Notes under the pieces: generated by a model
What the model saw: the letters and a program-made list of their open reading frames with translations, nothing else
Database searches by the model: none
Told to the model about the DNA's origin: nothing
NCBI GenBank assembly: GCA_023431185.1
Contig: JAEYXS010000121.1
Location: forward strand, 6,261 to 70,260
Reading direction: 5' to 3'
Length of the DNA stretch: 64,000 bases
Source: Verrucomicrobiota bacterium
Lineage (GTDB): Bacteria; Verrucomicrobiota; Verrucomicrobiia; Limisphaerales; JAEYXS01
Made by a program: the position numbers and the translations under genes
Shown here: in pieces, positions 34,953 to 44,773 of the stretch
How positions within the stretch are numbered: position 1 is the stretch's first letter
Layout: every line of letters starts with the position of its first letter

Positions 34953-34969
34953 CGTAAATCGTAAATCAC
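34953..34969 (+). repeat. short heptamer tandem (T9)
   Basis: CGTAAAT CGTAAAT CAC, just outside the MlaD-like stop codon. Confidence 0.6.
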
Positions 34970-34970
34970 T

Positions 34971-36197
34971 TTATCGCTGCTGCTCCCTTACCCTCGGTAT
35001 CAAGGAATCCCGGCTGGGCACGTTCGCGCCCTTCTCTTTAGGATTCTCGTCTTTCTTTTTATCTTCCTTGAAAGCCCCCCGCAGGAACCAGTGCTTCCGC
35101 AGTCCTTGCAGCATGAAATCTGCATTCGTCACCGTGGAGGAAATCTCCGAAAGGATGTTCGTGTTCGCCTGCACCTGCGCGTTCAGATTGCTGGTGATGG
35201 AGGCCAGATGCGTCAGCGAGACGTTCAGATTGGAGACCAGCAAGGCCACATGGTCATTCGCATTCGTCACGATCTGATTCACCGAGCCTACGGTGCCGTT
35301 TGCCGTCACCAGTGTCTTGTCTAGTTGCGTCATGACGACATTTGCATTCGTCAGTGTGTTCTTTGCCGCCGTGATCGTCAGTTCCAGCTCGCTGCTGATA
35401 TTCGTCGGGATGAGCCATTCCCCCAAAGAACCTTTCGGATTCTTCAGATTCTCCGTTATGAATACGATATTGGAAGCCACCGGCCGGATATCCGCGATGA
35501 TGTGGTTCGCATTCGACATGGCCGAACTGCTGCTGTTCAGCGTGGCTGCGAGCTGGTTCGTCAGGCCCAGGATATTCGGCAGAGCATCCTCCACCTGTTT
35601 CGCCAATTTCTCCAGACGGTCGTTGATGGCCGGGGCCTCTTCCGCGTGCAGCCAGAATTTGGAATCCATTTTATGCGGGATATAGGCCGACGTTTTTTCA
35701 TCCCACATGCCGCTCACGATGGTTTTCACCCGTTGCCCAAAAAACCAGTTCGTCACCATTTTTTCCTCATAGGTGGCCTTGCCACCATTGCCTTTGGTGA
35801 CCTCGATGAAACGGTTGCCCAACAAACCGTCCGCAGAAACCTTGGCCACCGAGCCCTTGGTCCACAAATAGCCGAAATGCGGTTCCTTAACCTCAAATTC
35901 CACGTAGACGTTGAAATAGTAATCATCTGGTGGCTGTGGTTTGATGACCGTGATATTTCCCACCTCAAATCCCATCATCTTCACCGGATCACCCACCTTC
36001 AAACCCGCCGCCGAGTTCACAAACGTGAAATACTTCACCTTGGTCTTGAACCAGCCACGTTTTTCCGCCGTGTTCCGGAAGTAAAAGCCAAAGCCGGCCA
36101 GCAGGATCAGCGTGGCCAGCGCCACAAACAATCCCACCGTCCATTCGAGGCGGCTCAAACGGGTGCGCAACCGCGGTGTCAAATCCTGCAAAGCCAT
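34971..36197 (-). CDS. MlaD/MCE-family protein with long C-terminal helical extension
   Basis: N-terminal TM, MCE-like GLKVGDPVKMMGFEVGNI, and a long Asn/Thr/Ala-rich helical tail. Confidence 0.75.
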   Translation of the reverse strand: MALQDLTPRLRTRLSRLEWTVGLFVALATLILLAGFGFYFRNTAEKRGWFKTKVKYFTFVNSAAGLKVGDPVKMMGFEVGNITVIKPQPPDDYYFNVYVEFEVKEPHFGYLWTKGSVAKVSADGLLGNRFIEVTKGNGGKATYEEKMVTNWFFGQRVKTIVSGMWDEKTSAYIPHKMDSKFWLHAEEAPAINDRLEKLAKQVEDALPNILGLTNQLAATLNSSSSAMSNANHIIADIRPVASNIVFITENLKNPKGSLGEWLIPTNISSELELTITAAKNTLTNANVVMTQLDKTLVTANGTVGSVNQIVTNANDHVALLVSNLNVSLTHLASITSNLNAQVQANTNILSEISSTVTNADFMLQGLRKHWFLRGAFKEDKKKDENPKEKGANVPSRDSLIPRVREQQR

Positions 36198-36213
36198 AAT
36201 ATTATTCCATCAA

Positions 36214-37002
36214 TCAATTTTCACGCAGCACATCACGCAACAGCGGGTCTTCACTGGCGTGCAACTCGGACATGCCGCCGATCCGTCGCCAGGCGGCTTC
36301 ATGCAACAGGGCGAACTGCCGGCCTGCCGCCACCCAAGGTGGCAGATGATTCGTCACCACCACGATGGTCATCGGTTTGTCCCCCACGATCGGGTGCCCG
36401 CGCCAGAGCATATTGACGGTTTCCTGCCACCAGTCCCGCTCGCTGAAATCCACACCCGCCAGCGGATTGTCCAGCAAAAGCAATTCCGGCGACATGGCCA
36501 GCGCCCGCGCCAGACTCGCCCGCTGCCGGTCAGTCCGGGTCAGCGCGCCGGGCAATTGCCCGGCCATGTTCTCGACCCCTGCGAACTTCAGCAGTTCATC
36601 CACCCGTTCCTGGGCCTCTTCCACCCGGCAATCCCGATGGTAGCACACCGGCAACGCGATATTCTCCGCGATGGTCAGTTTATGCAGCAGCCGTGCCCCG
36701 GCTTCAAAGACCAGTCCTACCCGCAGACGCTGCTTCATCAAGTTCGCCTCACCCACCGCCCAAGGGTCCGTTCCGAACACCTCGATCTGGCCAGACAACG
36801 GCTTCTGCAACATGGCCAGCGAGGCCAGCAACGTACTCTTGCCGCTGCGGTGCATCCCGCCCACCACCCAGAAATCACCCAAGTTCACCTGTAAATCCAC
36901 GCCTTTTAGCAACGGCCCCTCCCCCCGGCCTTCCAAGCCCAAATCCGCCGCCTGCAACTTCAAGCAAGTTACTGCCGTATTTTGTGGTTTGGCATCGGCC
37001 AT
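36214..37002 (-). CDS. ABC transporter ATP-binding protein (MlaF-like)
   Basis: Walker A GGMHRSGKST and Walker B LLLLDNP. Start at Met46 (37002), 2 nt after the upstream permease stop. Confidence 0.8.
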   Translation of the reverse strand: MADAKPQNTAVTCLKLQAADLGLEGRGEGPLLKGVDLQVNLGDFWVVGGMHRSGKSTLLASLAMLQKPLSGQIEVFGTDPWAVGEANLMKQRLRVGLVFEAGARLLHKLTIAENIALPVCYHRDCRVEEAQERVDELLKFAGVENMAGQLPGALTRTDRQRASLARALAMSPELLLLDNPLAGVDFSERDWWQETVNMLWRGHPIVGDKPMTIVVVTNHLPPWVAAGRQFALLHEAAWRRIGGMSELHASEDPLLRDVLREN

Positions 37003-37004
37003 GA

Positions 37005-37862
37005 TTAAACGAGCAAAAACAGGGTGATGAAAATGGCATCCACCAGGACACAACCGATTGTCCCTGAAACCACCGCCCGGGAAGTCGCCTGCGCCACCTG
37101 CTCCAGCCTTAGGGGTTGGGCCAACCCTTGGTAACAAGTGACCACGGCGATGATGGCTCCGAAAGAAAGCGTCTTCAGCGCCACCAGCACAAAATCCTGC
37201 CAGGTCAGCGCCGAGGCAATCTGTTCCGCATACGCCACCGGTGTCAGGGGCACGTTCTGCACCAGCACAAAGGCATAACCGCTGAGCAGCGCCACCATGA
37301 TGAGATAGATTGTCAGCGCGAAAATTGCCACCGCCTGGCCGATCACTCTTGGCACAACCAGCAAATGGATTGGATCAATGGCCAGTGCTTCAAGCGCCTC
37401 GATCTCACCCGTTGCCCGGGACATTCCCAGTTCGATGACCGTGGTGGTGCCGATGCGGGCCAAAACGATCAGCGCCGTGGTCAGCGGCCCCAGTTCCCGC
37501 ACCACCACCGCGACCATCACCGGCCCGGTGAACTCCTGCGCGCCCACCCGGGTCAGCAAAGCCACTGTCTGTCCAACGATGACGAAACCCAAGGCCACCC
37601 CAAGGAAAGCGATCATGGGCAGCAGTTTCAGCCCCGATTCATAGATCTGGGTTCGTATCAGCGGGCGGATGACGGCCTTCGCAGAACCAAACTTGGACAA
37701 TGTGGTGCCGAGGGTGATGAGAGCAAACGCACCCACTCCCCGGCCGGCTTCGACGAGTCCCAAGATGGCGCGGCCGACCAAATCCAGATAAACCCGAAGC
37801 ATCCGGCCGGGCAGCCGGAACAGGGAATTTCGTACTGGGATCGTTGCTGGAGTCTGGGCCAC
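37005..37862 (-). CDS. MlaE-family ABC permease
   Basis: Multi-TM. VRELGPLTTALIVLARIG resembles the MlaE signature. GTG start. Confidence 0.8.
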   Translation of the reverse strand: MAQTPATIPVRNSLFRLPGRMLRVYLDLVGRAILGLVEAGRGVGAFALITLGTTLSKFGSAKAVIRPLIRTQIYESGLKLLPMIAFLGVALGFVIVGQTVALLTRVGAQEFTGPVMVAVVVRELGPLTTALIVLARIGTTTVIELGMSRATGEIEALEALAIDPIHLLVVPRVIGQAVAIFALTIYLIMVALLSGYAFVLVQNVPLTPVAYAEQIASALTWQDFVLVALKTLSFGAIIAVVTCYQGLAQPLRLEQVAQATSRAVVSGTIGCVLVDAIFITLFLLV

Positions 37863-37910
37863 GGCAGCAAGGTACGGGAGGAGGTTGCGGGCGTCAAAAA
37901 AAACCGCGCC

Positions 37911-40900
37911 TTATTCCTTCCCGACTTGGATGCCGCCAATCTGCACTGAGCCGTCACCCGGGACAAGGACGAGCACTTCACCGGCAAAATCTTTGGCCGG
38001 TGAGACACTCAACTTGAACTCCTGCCACTTGTCCGTCGGGCGCACTTGCAAATCAAAGACCCGCTCACTGGGGTCGAGGAAAGAACGCGCCGAAAGCAAG
38101 AAAGCCGTGTTTTTATCGGATTTCGCCCAAATGCGTACTGTTTGCTTCTCCCGGTTGCGGACCACAAAACGCGGACCAGCCAGCTGGCTTTGCACCGTCA
38201 GGCTGCCCGTTGTCTTGATTTGCAAGGCCGTCGTGCCCGGAGTCGGTCCTTCAGGCAGTTTAGCGTAATCCACCGACATCGCCAATGCACGATTCCGGTC
38301 CACCCAGCCTTTCGGCAGCCACCCATGCGAGGCATTGTTGTCCCGGTTGCGCAGATTGATCTCCATGCCATCGTTGCCGATGGACGCCATCGCCCGCGGA
38401 TCAAGCCCCATAGCCTTGTTCATCAGCTCATACGCCGGTTCGAACTGGTTGGCCGCCTGCAACACCCCCGCGCGCAGCCAGAGCACCTCTGGATTTTGCG
38501 GTTCATAGCGCAATGCCAAACTGGTGAAGTAATCAGCCGCCGCTGGATCCTTTAGTGAGCGGCCATGCCGGGCCAGCGCCAAGGCATGATTAGGCTGGAT
38601 CAGCAGGACACTATCGATGGCGGCATCGTCCGCAGCCAGCCGCTGGGCCAAATAATCCTTCGTATTCAACTGGGTGAACGCCATCACCGTGCGGTCCACC
38701 GGATCTTTCAGATACCATTTGGCCCAAGTGGCATAAAGATTATCAGCAGAAGCCGCATCGATCGCCTGCCTAACTGCGTTCAGATTGGTCCATGAATCAG
38801 CCAGGGCATTGGCCCCCCCTTCTTCACCAAGCTGATAACCGGCCACACCTTCGGTGAGGGTACGAAACCAATCAGGAACCGTTCCCGGCAAGGCCACCAG
38901 CCACAGCCTGGCCGTCTTGTCTTCTGAAGCGGTGACGATGAAACGTCCGTCACCGCTGAAATTGGCATCACGGACCAGACCATCGTGACGTAATGGCTCG
39001 GTCACCGGTTTCCAGCTCGCCGTATCCCAGATCATGGCGGCATTGGATTTTGAGACGGTCACCAGAAACGAACCGTTGGCGCTAAAACTCACCGCACGTA
39101 CTTCAGCGTCATGCCGCAATGGTTCAGCCGCCGCTTTGCCGGCATCGGCCGTCCAGACACGGGCCGTCTTGTCCTCCGAGACACTGACCACAAATCGCTG
39201 GTTGGAACTGAAAGCCACGGCATTGACGGCCGCATCATGACGCAATTCCGGGGTTAACGGTTCACCGCTGGCCGTCAACCAGACCCGGGCGGTCTTGTCA
39301 TCCGAGGCCGTGGCGACCATGCGGCCGTCGGGACTAAAAATGGCGGAACGCAACTCGCCTTTGTGCGCGAAGACGGGGCCGAGCGCCTGGCCGTTGGCCG
39401 CATTCCAGACTTTGGCCGTCTTGTCTGCGGAGGCCGTCAACACCGTTTTCCCATCGGGACTGAATGACGCCGTCCGGACCGCACGATCATGCTTCATGGC
39501 CTCCCCGATCTGCTTTCCGTCCGCGGTATTCCAAAGTTTCGCCGTGCCGTCTTCGGAAGCAGTCAACAAAACCGTACCATCCTGCCGGAATGCCACGGTG
39601 TTAACCTGCCGGTCATGCGTCACCGGCTGCCCGACCGCTTCGCCAGTATCCGTCTTCCAGACCCGGCCATAACGGTCTGCCGCCGTGGCCACGTAACGGC
39701 CATCAGGACTGAAGATCGCCATCGTGACGCGATAATCATGCTTCAACGGACTGCCCAACAACTGGCCCGTGGCGACATCCCAAACCCGCACCGTACGGTC
39801 ATCCGCCACGGTCAGCACCCGGTCGCCAGCACGGTTGAAGACTGCTTGCGTAAGCTGCGTTTCGTGATTAAGCGCCAAAGACAGGGGGCGTCGTTCCACT
39901 GCACTCCAGACACGTGTCATCCCGCTCGACCCGTCGGCACAACCTGCGCTGACCCAGAGACCGTCCGGGCTGAAATCCACCCATTTCACATCACCCGTCA
40001 GCTCCATGGGCTCGCTCAAGGGCAAACCCGTTTTCAAATCCCAAAGCCGGGCGGTACGGTCAGCCGAGGCCGTGGCCAGCACTCGCACATTCGGGCTGAT
40101 GGCAATCATGTTGATGGCCGCACCGTGCCGGATCGTCTGGCCTATCTGTTTGCCGGTGGGCACCTCCCAAACTTTAGCCGTACCGTCACTGGAGCAGGTG
40201 ACCACGTGCCGGCCATCCTGGGTGAACTTCACCTGATTCACCCAATCATCATGCTTCAAGATCTGCGGTGCCGCATTCGTGCTGCCCATTCCCCATATCT
40301 TCGCGGTCTTGTCGCCTGAAGCGGTGGCCACAAATTTTGCATCCGGACTGAACGAAGCGTAATAGACACCACCATCATGCGTCAGCGGTTGGCCTGTCGG
40401 CTGACCGTTGACAGCATCCCAGACCTGTGCCGTGCTGTCCGAGGTCGTCAACGCCAGCTTGCCGTCATGGCTCAAGGTCGCCCAACGCACCGAGCCCGTC
40501 TGTTTCAAGGGTTCCGTGATCGGCTGGCCGGTGGCGGCATTCCAGACCCGGGCGCTCTTGTCGTGTGAGGCTGTGATGACGGATTTGCCATCCGCACTGA
40601 AACTGGCGGCATACACCCAGTCTCCGTGCTTCATCGGTGCACCTTGCTTCTGACCCGTGGCCGCTTTCCAAAGCTGGGCTGAACCGTCGTCCGAAGCAGT
40701 CACAATTAATTCCCCATCCGGACTGAACTGGGCGTACCGGATATCCTTGCTCGAAGATAGCGTCACCTTCTTGGTCAAGGCTTGCTCACCTGTCTCCCAC
40801 AACACCGCCTCTTTGCCAGAAACGGTCAGCAATGTCTTGGTATCCGGGCTGAACCGCGTCATCACCACCGGTGCCTCATGTTTTAACGCCGCGTAACGCG

Positions 40901-42119
40901 GCAAAGGCCAGTTGCGATTGGCCAACAAGGAGAGGATTCTTGCCTGCGCCGACGCATTGTCGGCCGCACGCGCCAAAGAAGTGGAAAGATACGCCATGCC
41001 CTGCGCCTGACGGTTTTCTCCGATCAACCGGCTGGCTTCCACAAAGTAAGACACGGACAGTGCTTTGGAAACCTGTCGCTCGCTCTGCTCCGCCGCATCC
41101 CGTGCACGTTGCGCCGCCTTCGCCGCCTCCTCGGCATCCTGCTTGGCCTTGTCTGCCGCATCGCGCTGTTTCTTTTCTTCCGCCCGGGCCAATTCCGCTT
41201 CCTTTAGACGCTGGTTGGCTAGATTGGCCGACGCCTCAGCCTCTTCGCGGGCTTTCTCTGCAGCAGCATTTGCCGCCACAGCTTTTTCGCGCTCCACGGC
41301 CTCACGTCGGAGCGCCACTTCAGCTTTCTTTTTCTCCTCTTCCGCCACCGCTCGGGCTACATCGGCTTTCTGCCGCTGGCTGATGGCCTCTTCTCGCTGG
41401 CGCTCGGCCGATGCCCGGGCGCCTTCAGCTTCGCGCTTAGCCAAAATCGCCTGACCGGCCAGCACCAGAAAGCCGCACATGACCAGCATCACCACCACCA
41501 TCGCCAACTGCATCCGGCGATGTCGCCGTTCCGCATCGCGCTGCTTCAGATCGCTGAAGTTCACGCCGAACATGCCGGCGAGGAGCTTCAGCTTCGCATT
41601 CTCCCGACCATCCTTGCCCCGGCGCGCATCCGCCGCGATCGGTTCAGTGCGTTCCTCGGTGATCCGTTTGTTGGCGTCCACCTTGTATCGCACCGGCTCC
41701 GGAAAACACTCTTCCAAACCCAGTTCCGGATGCTCGGAAGCATAAGGTTCACCATCAACGATCAGACACAATACGCGATCTTCCCGACCAATGGATTTGA
41801 AGGACTTGATCTCTTCGTTCACCCAGCGGGAAGCCACGGCCCGCGGCGAGCAGACCACAATCAGGAAGCGCGACTGCATGAGCGCCTGCGTCAGTTTCTC
41901 ACCCAAGTCAGCCGAACTCGGCAACTCATCACGGTCACGGAAAATGGGATAGGCCCGCTTGGGAACCACGCCCACCTTGGAGGTGCGGCCAACCAGAACC
42001 TTCGGCACGCCATAGGTTTCCAGCGATTTGTGCAGCCAGTCAGCCCAATTCTGATCGGCATGACTGTAGCTGATAAACGCCCAGTATTTATACTCTTCCT
42101 CTGGCGGGTGAGTGGACAT
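37911..42119 (-). CDS. TIR domain - TM - coiled coil - 16 WD40 repeats - TPR-like region - C-terminal beta-rich domain
   Basis: N-terminus YWAFISYSHAD..FRDRDEL..FLIVVCSP..SRWVNEEI is TIR-like. TM is MQLAMVVVMLVMCGFLVLAGQAILA, preceded by RRHRR. E/K/A-rich coiled coil. I counted 16 units of the form H...V..A.FSPDG..V.TAS.D.TA.VW. Confidence 0.85.
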   Translation of the reverse strand: MSTHPPEEEYKYWAFISYSHADQNWADWLHKSLETYGVPKVLVGRTSKVGVVPKRAYPIFRDRDELPSSADLGEKLTQALMQSRFLIVVCSPRAVASRWVNEEIKSFKSIGREDRVLCLIVDGEPYASEHPELGLEECFPEPVRYKVDANKRITEERTEPIAADARRGKDGRENAKLKLLAGMFGVNFSDLKQRDAERRHRRMQLAMVVVMLVMCGFLVLAGQAILAKREAEGARASAERQREEAISQRQKADVARAVAEEEKKKAEVALRREAVEREKAVAANAAAEKAREEAEASANLANQRLKEAELARAEEKKQRDAADKAKQDAEEAAKAAQRARDAAEQSERQVSKALSVSYFVEASRLIGENRQAQGMAYLSTSLARAADNASAQARILSLLANRNWPLPRYAALKHEAPVVMTRFSPDTKTLLTVSGKEAVLWETGEQALTKKVTLSSSKDIRYAQFSPDGELIVTASDDGSAQLWKAATGQKQGAPMKHGDWVYAASFSADGKSVITASHDKSARVWNAATGQPITEPLKQTGSVRWATLSHDGKLALTTSDSTAQVWDAVNGQPTGQPLTHDGGVYYASFSPDAKFVATASGDKTAKIWGMGSTNAAPQILKHDDWVNQVKFTQDGRHVVTCSSDGTAKVWEVPTGKQIGQTIRHGAAINMIAISPNVRVLATASADRTARLWDLKTGLPLSEPMELTGDVKWVDFSPDGLWVSAGCADGSSGMTRVWSAVERRPLSLALNHETQLTQAVFNRAGDRVLTVADDRTVRVWDVATGQLLGSPLKHDYRVTMAIFSPDGRYVATAADRYGRVWKTDTGEAVGQPVTHDRQVNTVAFRQDGTVLLTASEDGTAKLWNTADGKQIGEAMKHDRAVRTASFSPDGKTVLTASADKTAKVWNAANGQALGPVFAHKGELRSAIFSPDGRMVATASDDKTARVWLTASGEPLTPELRHDAAVNAVAFSSNQRFVVSVSEDKTARVWTADAGKAAAEPLRHDAEVRAVSFSANGSFLVTVSKSNAAMIWDTASWKPVTEPLRHDGLVRDANFSGDGRFIVTASEDKTARLWLVALPGTVPDWFRTLTEGVAGYQLGEEGGANALADSWTNLNAVRQAIDAASADNLYATWAKWYLKDPVDRTVMAFTQLNTKDYLAQRLAADDAAIDSVLLIQPNHALALARHGRSLKDPAAADYFTSLALRYEPQNPEVLWLRAGVLQAANQFEPAYELMNKAMGLDPRAMASIGNDGMEINLRNRDNNASHGWLPKGWVDRNRALAMSVDYAKLPEGPTPGTTALQIKTTGSLTVQSQLAGPRFVVRNREKQTVRIWAKSDKNTAFLLSARSFLDPSERVFDLQVRPTDKWQEFKLSVSPAKDFAGEVLVLVPGDGSVQIGGIQVGKE

Positions 42120-42417
42120 GTTCAGCGTGAGCGCCCCTCAACTTGCATGAAATTAAGACCCTTCCCAATCATCGGTCGGGAATCGATCCCGAAACAGGCC
42201 GCTGGATTGGTAGAGCATGTGCGAATCACGGGTTCGTTAAATGCCAGTTTTGCCACCCATTGTCAAACAATGTCGCATCACTACCCGGCCAATTTCACCT
42301 GCTTGATGTGCTGAAAATCAGGACTTTGCATAAATCGAGGGCTTGCTTAAGCCATTCGGCCCTACCCATAAAAGCACACCCCGTCCGCAACAGTTCTCCA
42401 TCCTGCCGCCACCAAAC

Positions 42418-42993
42418 TTACCATCGGGCAAGCTCCTCCCGAAGTGCCTCCATCGGCAACCCCACCACGTTGGTCAAGGAGCCATGAATGGACTCCACAA
42501 TCAACTCCCCATACTCTTGGATGGCATAGGCTCCGGCTTTGTCCAAGGGATTGATCCGTCCCAAATAGTCTTGGACCTGTTTCCGTGTGAGTGGATGAAA
42601 TTTCACCCGGGTGCTGACCGTGAAAAGCAGTTCCCTGTGGTTTCTCAATTGCAAAAAGCACACCCCGGTCACCACCTCATGGGTGCGCCCTTGCAGTCGC
42701 AACAGCATCTCTTCCGCCATTCTCTTGTCCGTCGGTTTGCCAAATATTTGGGTCTCCAATGCCACCTCGGTATCTGCCCCGATCACCAAGGCATCCGGAT
42801 GATGCTTGGCCACCGCCCTCGCCTTGCGGTGGGCATTCAACTGGCAAACCTCATGCGGCGTGAAGTGACCCGCGTCGCATTCGGGCGCCTCGGACACCAC
42901 CACTGCAAAATCACGGCTCAGCAACCGCATCAGCGAAGCCCGCCGGGGCGAGCCGGAAGCCAGGATGATGCTTGGCTGTTTTTTTGCCTTCAT
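42418..42993 (-). CDS. maf: Maf-family nucleoside triphosphate pyrophosphatase
   Basis: ILASGSPRR, GADT and AYAIQ motifs. 191 aa. Confidence 0.85.
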   Translation of the reverse strand: MKAKKQPSIILASGSPRRASLMRLLSRDFAVVVSEAPECDAGHFTPHEVCQLNAHRKARAVAKHHPDALVIGADTEVALETQIFGKPTDKRMAEEMLLRLQGRTHEVVTGVCFLQLRNHRELLFTVSTRVKFHPLTRKQVQDYLGRINPLDKAGAYAIQEYGELIVESIHGSLTNVVGLPMEALREELARW

Positions 42994-43000
42994 ACGCCCC

Positions 43001-43570
43001 TTAACTCGTCACCGTTTCCAAAGCCTGTTTGAACTGGAGCAGTTTCCGTGCAAAAGCCTCATCTGAAAGGACCGGCTCCGCGCCCGCAGTCGCAATCTCC
43101 TCCGCCAGCTCAATCCAGGACTTGCATCCGCCATATTCCGGCCGTACCGGCAGTTCGATCCGCTGTGGCAACTTGGATACCCGCACGGCCAGTGCAAAGA
43201 TCGCCTTCTGTTTGCCCCAGTCGAAACGGTCCGCGATCACTTCCTTCCGCCAGATGTGCTGCCCCTGCAAACGCTCGGCTGCCGCCAAAGATTCCAGACG
43301 TTCCCAATGCACGACCTCAGCGCAGTATTCCAGCCGCAAAACTTCAGGAACTGGCAAACTGGGGGCGATCTCATCGAAACGGGCCTGGGCACTCGCGATC
43401 ACGTTGTCCCGTTGCTGATGAAAGAGCGTGGGCCAGAAGAGAAACCGCGGGTGCTCCACTTGAAACCCGCCCCGCCCTTCACTGATCCCGCCTTTGCGTA
43501 GCAGGATGATCTGCTGCCCCCGCCCCAAGGCATCCACCACGATGGCCCATTCTTTAAACGCGACATTCAT
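43001..43570 (-). CDS. DUF1802 family protein
   Basis: N-terminus AFKEWAIVVDALGRGQQIILLRKGGI matches my recollection of DUF1802. Confidence 0.65.
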   Translation of the reverse strand: MNVAFKEWAIVVDALGRGQQIILLRKGGISEGRGGFQVEHPRFLFWPTLFHQQRDNVIASAQARFDEIAPSLPVPEVLRLEYCAEVVHWERLESLAAAERLQGQHIWRKEVIADRFDWGKQKAIFALAVRVSKLPQRIELPVRPEYGGCKSWIELAEEIATAGAEPVLSDEAFARKLLQFKQALETVTS

Positions 43571-43642
43571 GGGCCAAATCTAGCCGTTCATGGCTCAAAG
43601 GTCCAATGCTGGATTGCCCGGCAGCAAGCTGATTCTGCCATC

Positions 43643-44761
43643 CTAACTCCGCTCGCAAACCACCACGGAACCAACCACCCGGTCATTATCCCGCACCGGA
43701 AAGGCCCGAGCCACCACTTTGAACGGCTGCCCACCGCGCACCTTCAAGGTGGCTGACACCCCGATCAGATCACGGCCTTCCTTCAAAGCGGTCACAAAAG
43801 GAGACACCTCACCGCTCTGCTCCGGCTGTACCACATTGGCCAGCGGCTCACCGATCAGATCATTCACCGTCATCCCGGACATCTTGGCCGCTGGCGGATT
43901 GACCCGGATGATGCGCCCCGTCCGGCTGATGACGAAGATGGCATCCCCGATGGAATGCAGGATCTGCTCGAAGTGCCGGAACTGCCGTTCCAAAATGGAC
44001 TGCGACCATTTGCGTTCGAGGTTTTCCAGTGTCAATGTGTCGTTGATTTTGATGATCTCTTCGGTGCGGGCCGTGACCTTTTCCTCGAGCTGCTCATTGG
44101 CCATGCGCATGGCGTCTGCCGCCAGCCTGCGGGACCGCAAATCATGCCGGATCAACCAGAAGATCAGAGCAATCAATCCCACATTCACACCCGCCACCAC
44201 ATACACGGTCCAGCGCGTGGACTGGGCCGCCTGAAAGTTCTCGCGATCCCGCTGTTGCAACAATTGCGCCTGCTCATCCTTGAATTTCACGACCAGCCGC
44301 TTGATCTCCCGCAGGGTCTGGTCCGCGGCATCCGAACTGATCAATTTCTTGGCCGCTTCAAAACCCTCTTCCTTCTGTGCGGCCACCACCTTGCGGGCGA
44401 ACTCCACCCGTTTGCCCGCCAGACCTTCCAGCTCTGTCACCCTTTGCTGCTGTTGCTCATTTCCCTTGGTCATGGATTTGGCCACCTCGAGATGTTCCAC
44501 CATCTCCGAAAACGCCTCGCGATAATTCGCCTGGTCCCGCTCATCTCCGGAGAGCACGTAGTTGCGCAGGTTCGCTTCGGCCGTTTGCAAGGCGGTTTCG
44601 ATGGCCACGGCTTCCAGGATGACCGCGTGGGTGCTGTTCACCCAGTCGCTGCTGATCTCGGACTCGCGCGCGTTCTTCAGGGCGATCACCGCCACGAAAA
44701 TCAGCAGCGCGGCCACCGCGCCGAACAGCGCCATCATTCTTTGCTCGATGTTGTCTTTCAT
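43643..44761 (-). CDS. CHASE3 - TM - PAS protein without a recognisable output domain
   Basis: TM1, then CHASE3-like W.NSTH.V..........A E...R.Y.L.G.. (WVNSTHAVILE..AEANLRNYVLSGDE), TM2, coiled linker and a PAS-like C-terminus. The ORF ends right after the PAS domain. Confidence 0.7.
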   Translation of the reverse strand: MKDNIEQRMMALFGAVAALLIFVAVIALKNARESEISSDWVNSTHAVILEAVAIETALQTAEANLRNYVLSGDERDQANYREAFSEMVEHLEVAKSMTKGNEQQQQRVTELEGLAGKRVEFARKVVAAQKEEGFEAAKKLISSDAADQTLREIKRLVVKFKDEQAQLLQQRDRENFQAAQSTRWTVYVVAGVNVGLIALIFWLIRHDLRSRRLAADAMRMANEQLEEKVTARTEEIIKINDTLTLENLERKWSQSILERQFRHFEQILHSIGDAIFVISRTGRIIRVNPPAAKMSGMTVNDLIGEPLANVVQPEQSGEVSPFVTALKEGRDLIGVSATLKVRGGQPFKVVARAFPVRDNDRVVGSVVVCERS

Positions 44762-44773
44762 CGTCAGGTTGGT

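Noticed and set aside
38865-40883. DNA-level repetition in the WD40 array (and the PEGA array at 10959-13286) as a possible hypervariable or DGR target
   Set aside because: The repeats are diverged in-frame protein repeats. No reverse transcriptase, template repeat or adenine-biased mismatch pattern is present in the window.
42185-42260. tRNA-like fragment (GGTAGAGCA D-loop-like 9-mer followed by GGGTTCG) upstream of the TIR gene, as a possible integration-site remnant
   Set aside because: I could not build an acceptor, D, anticodon or T stem around it. A 9-mer match alone is not evidence for a tRNA or a fragment of one.
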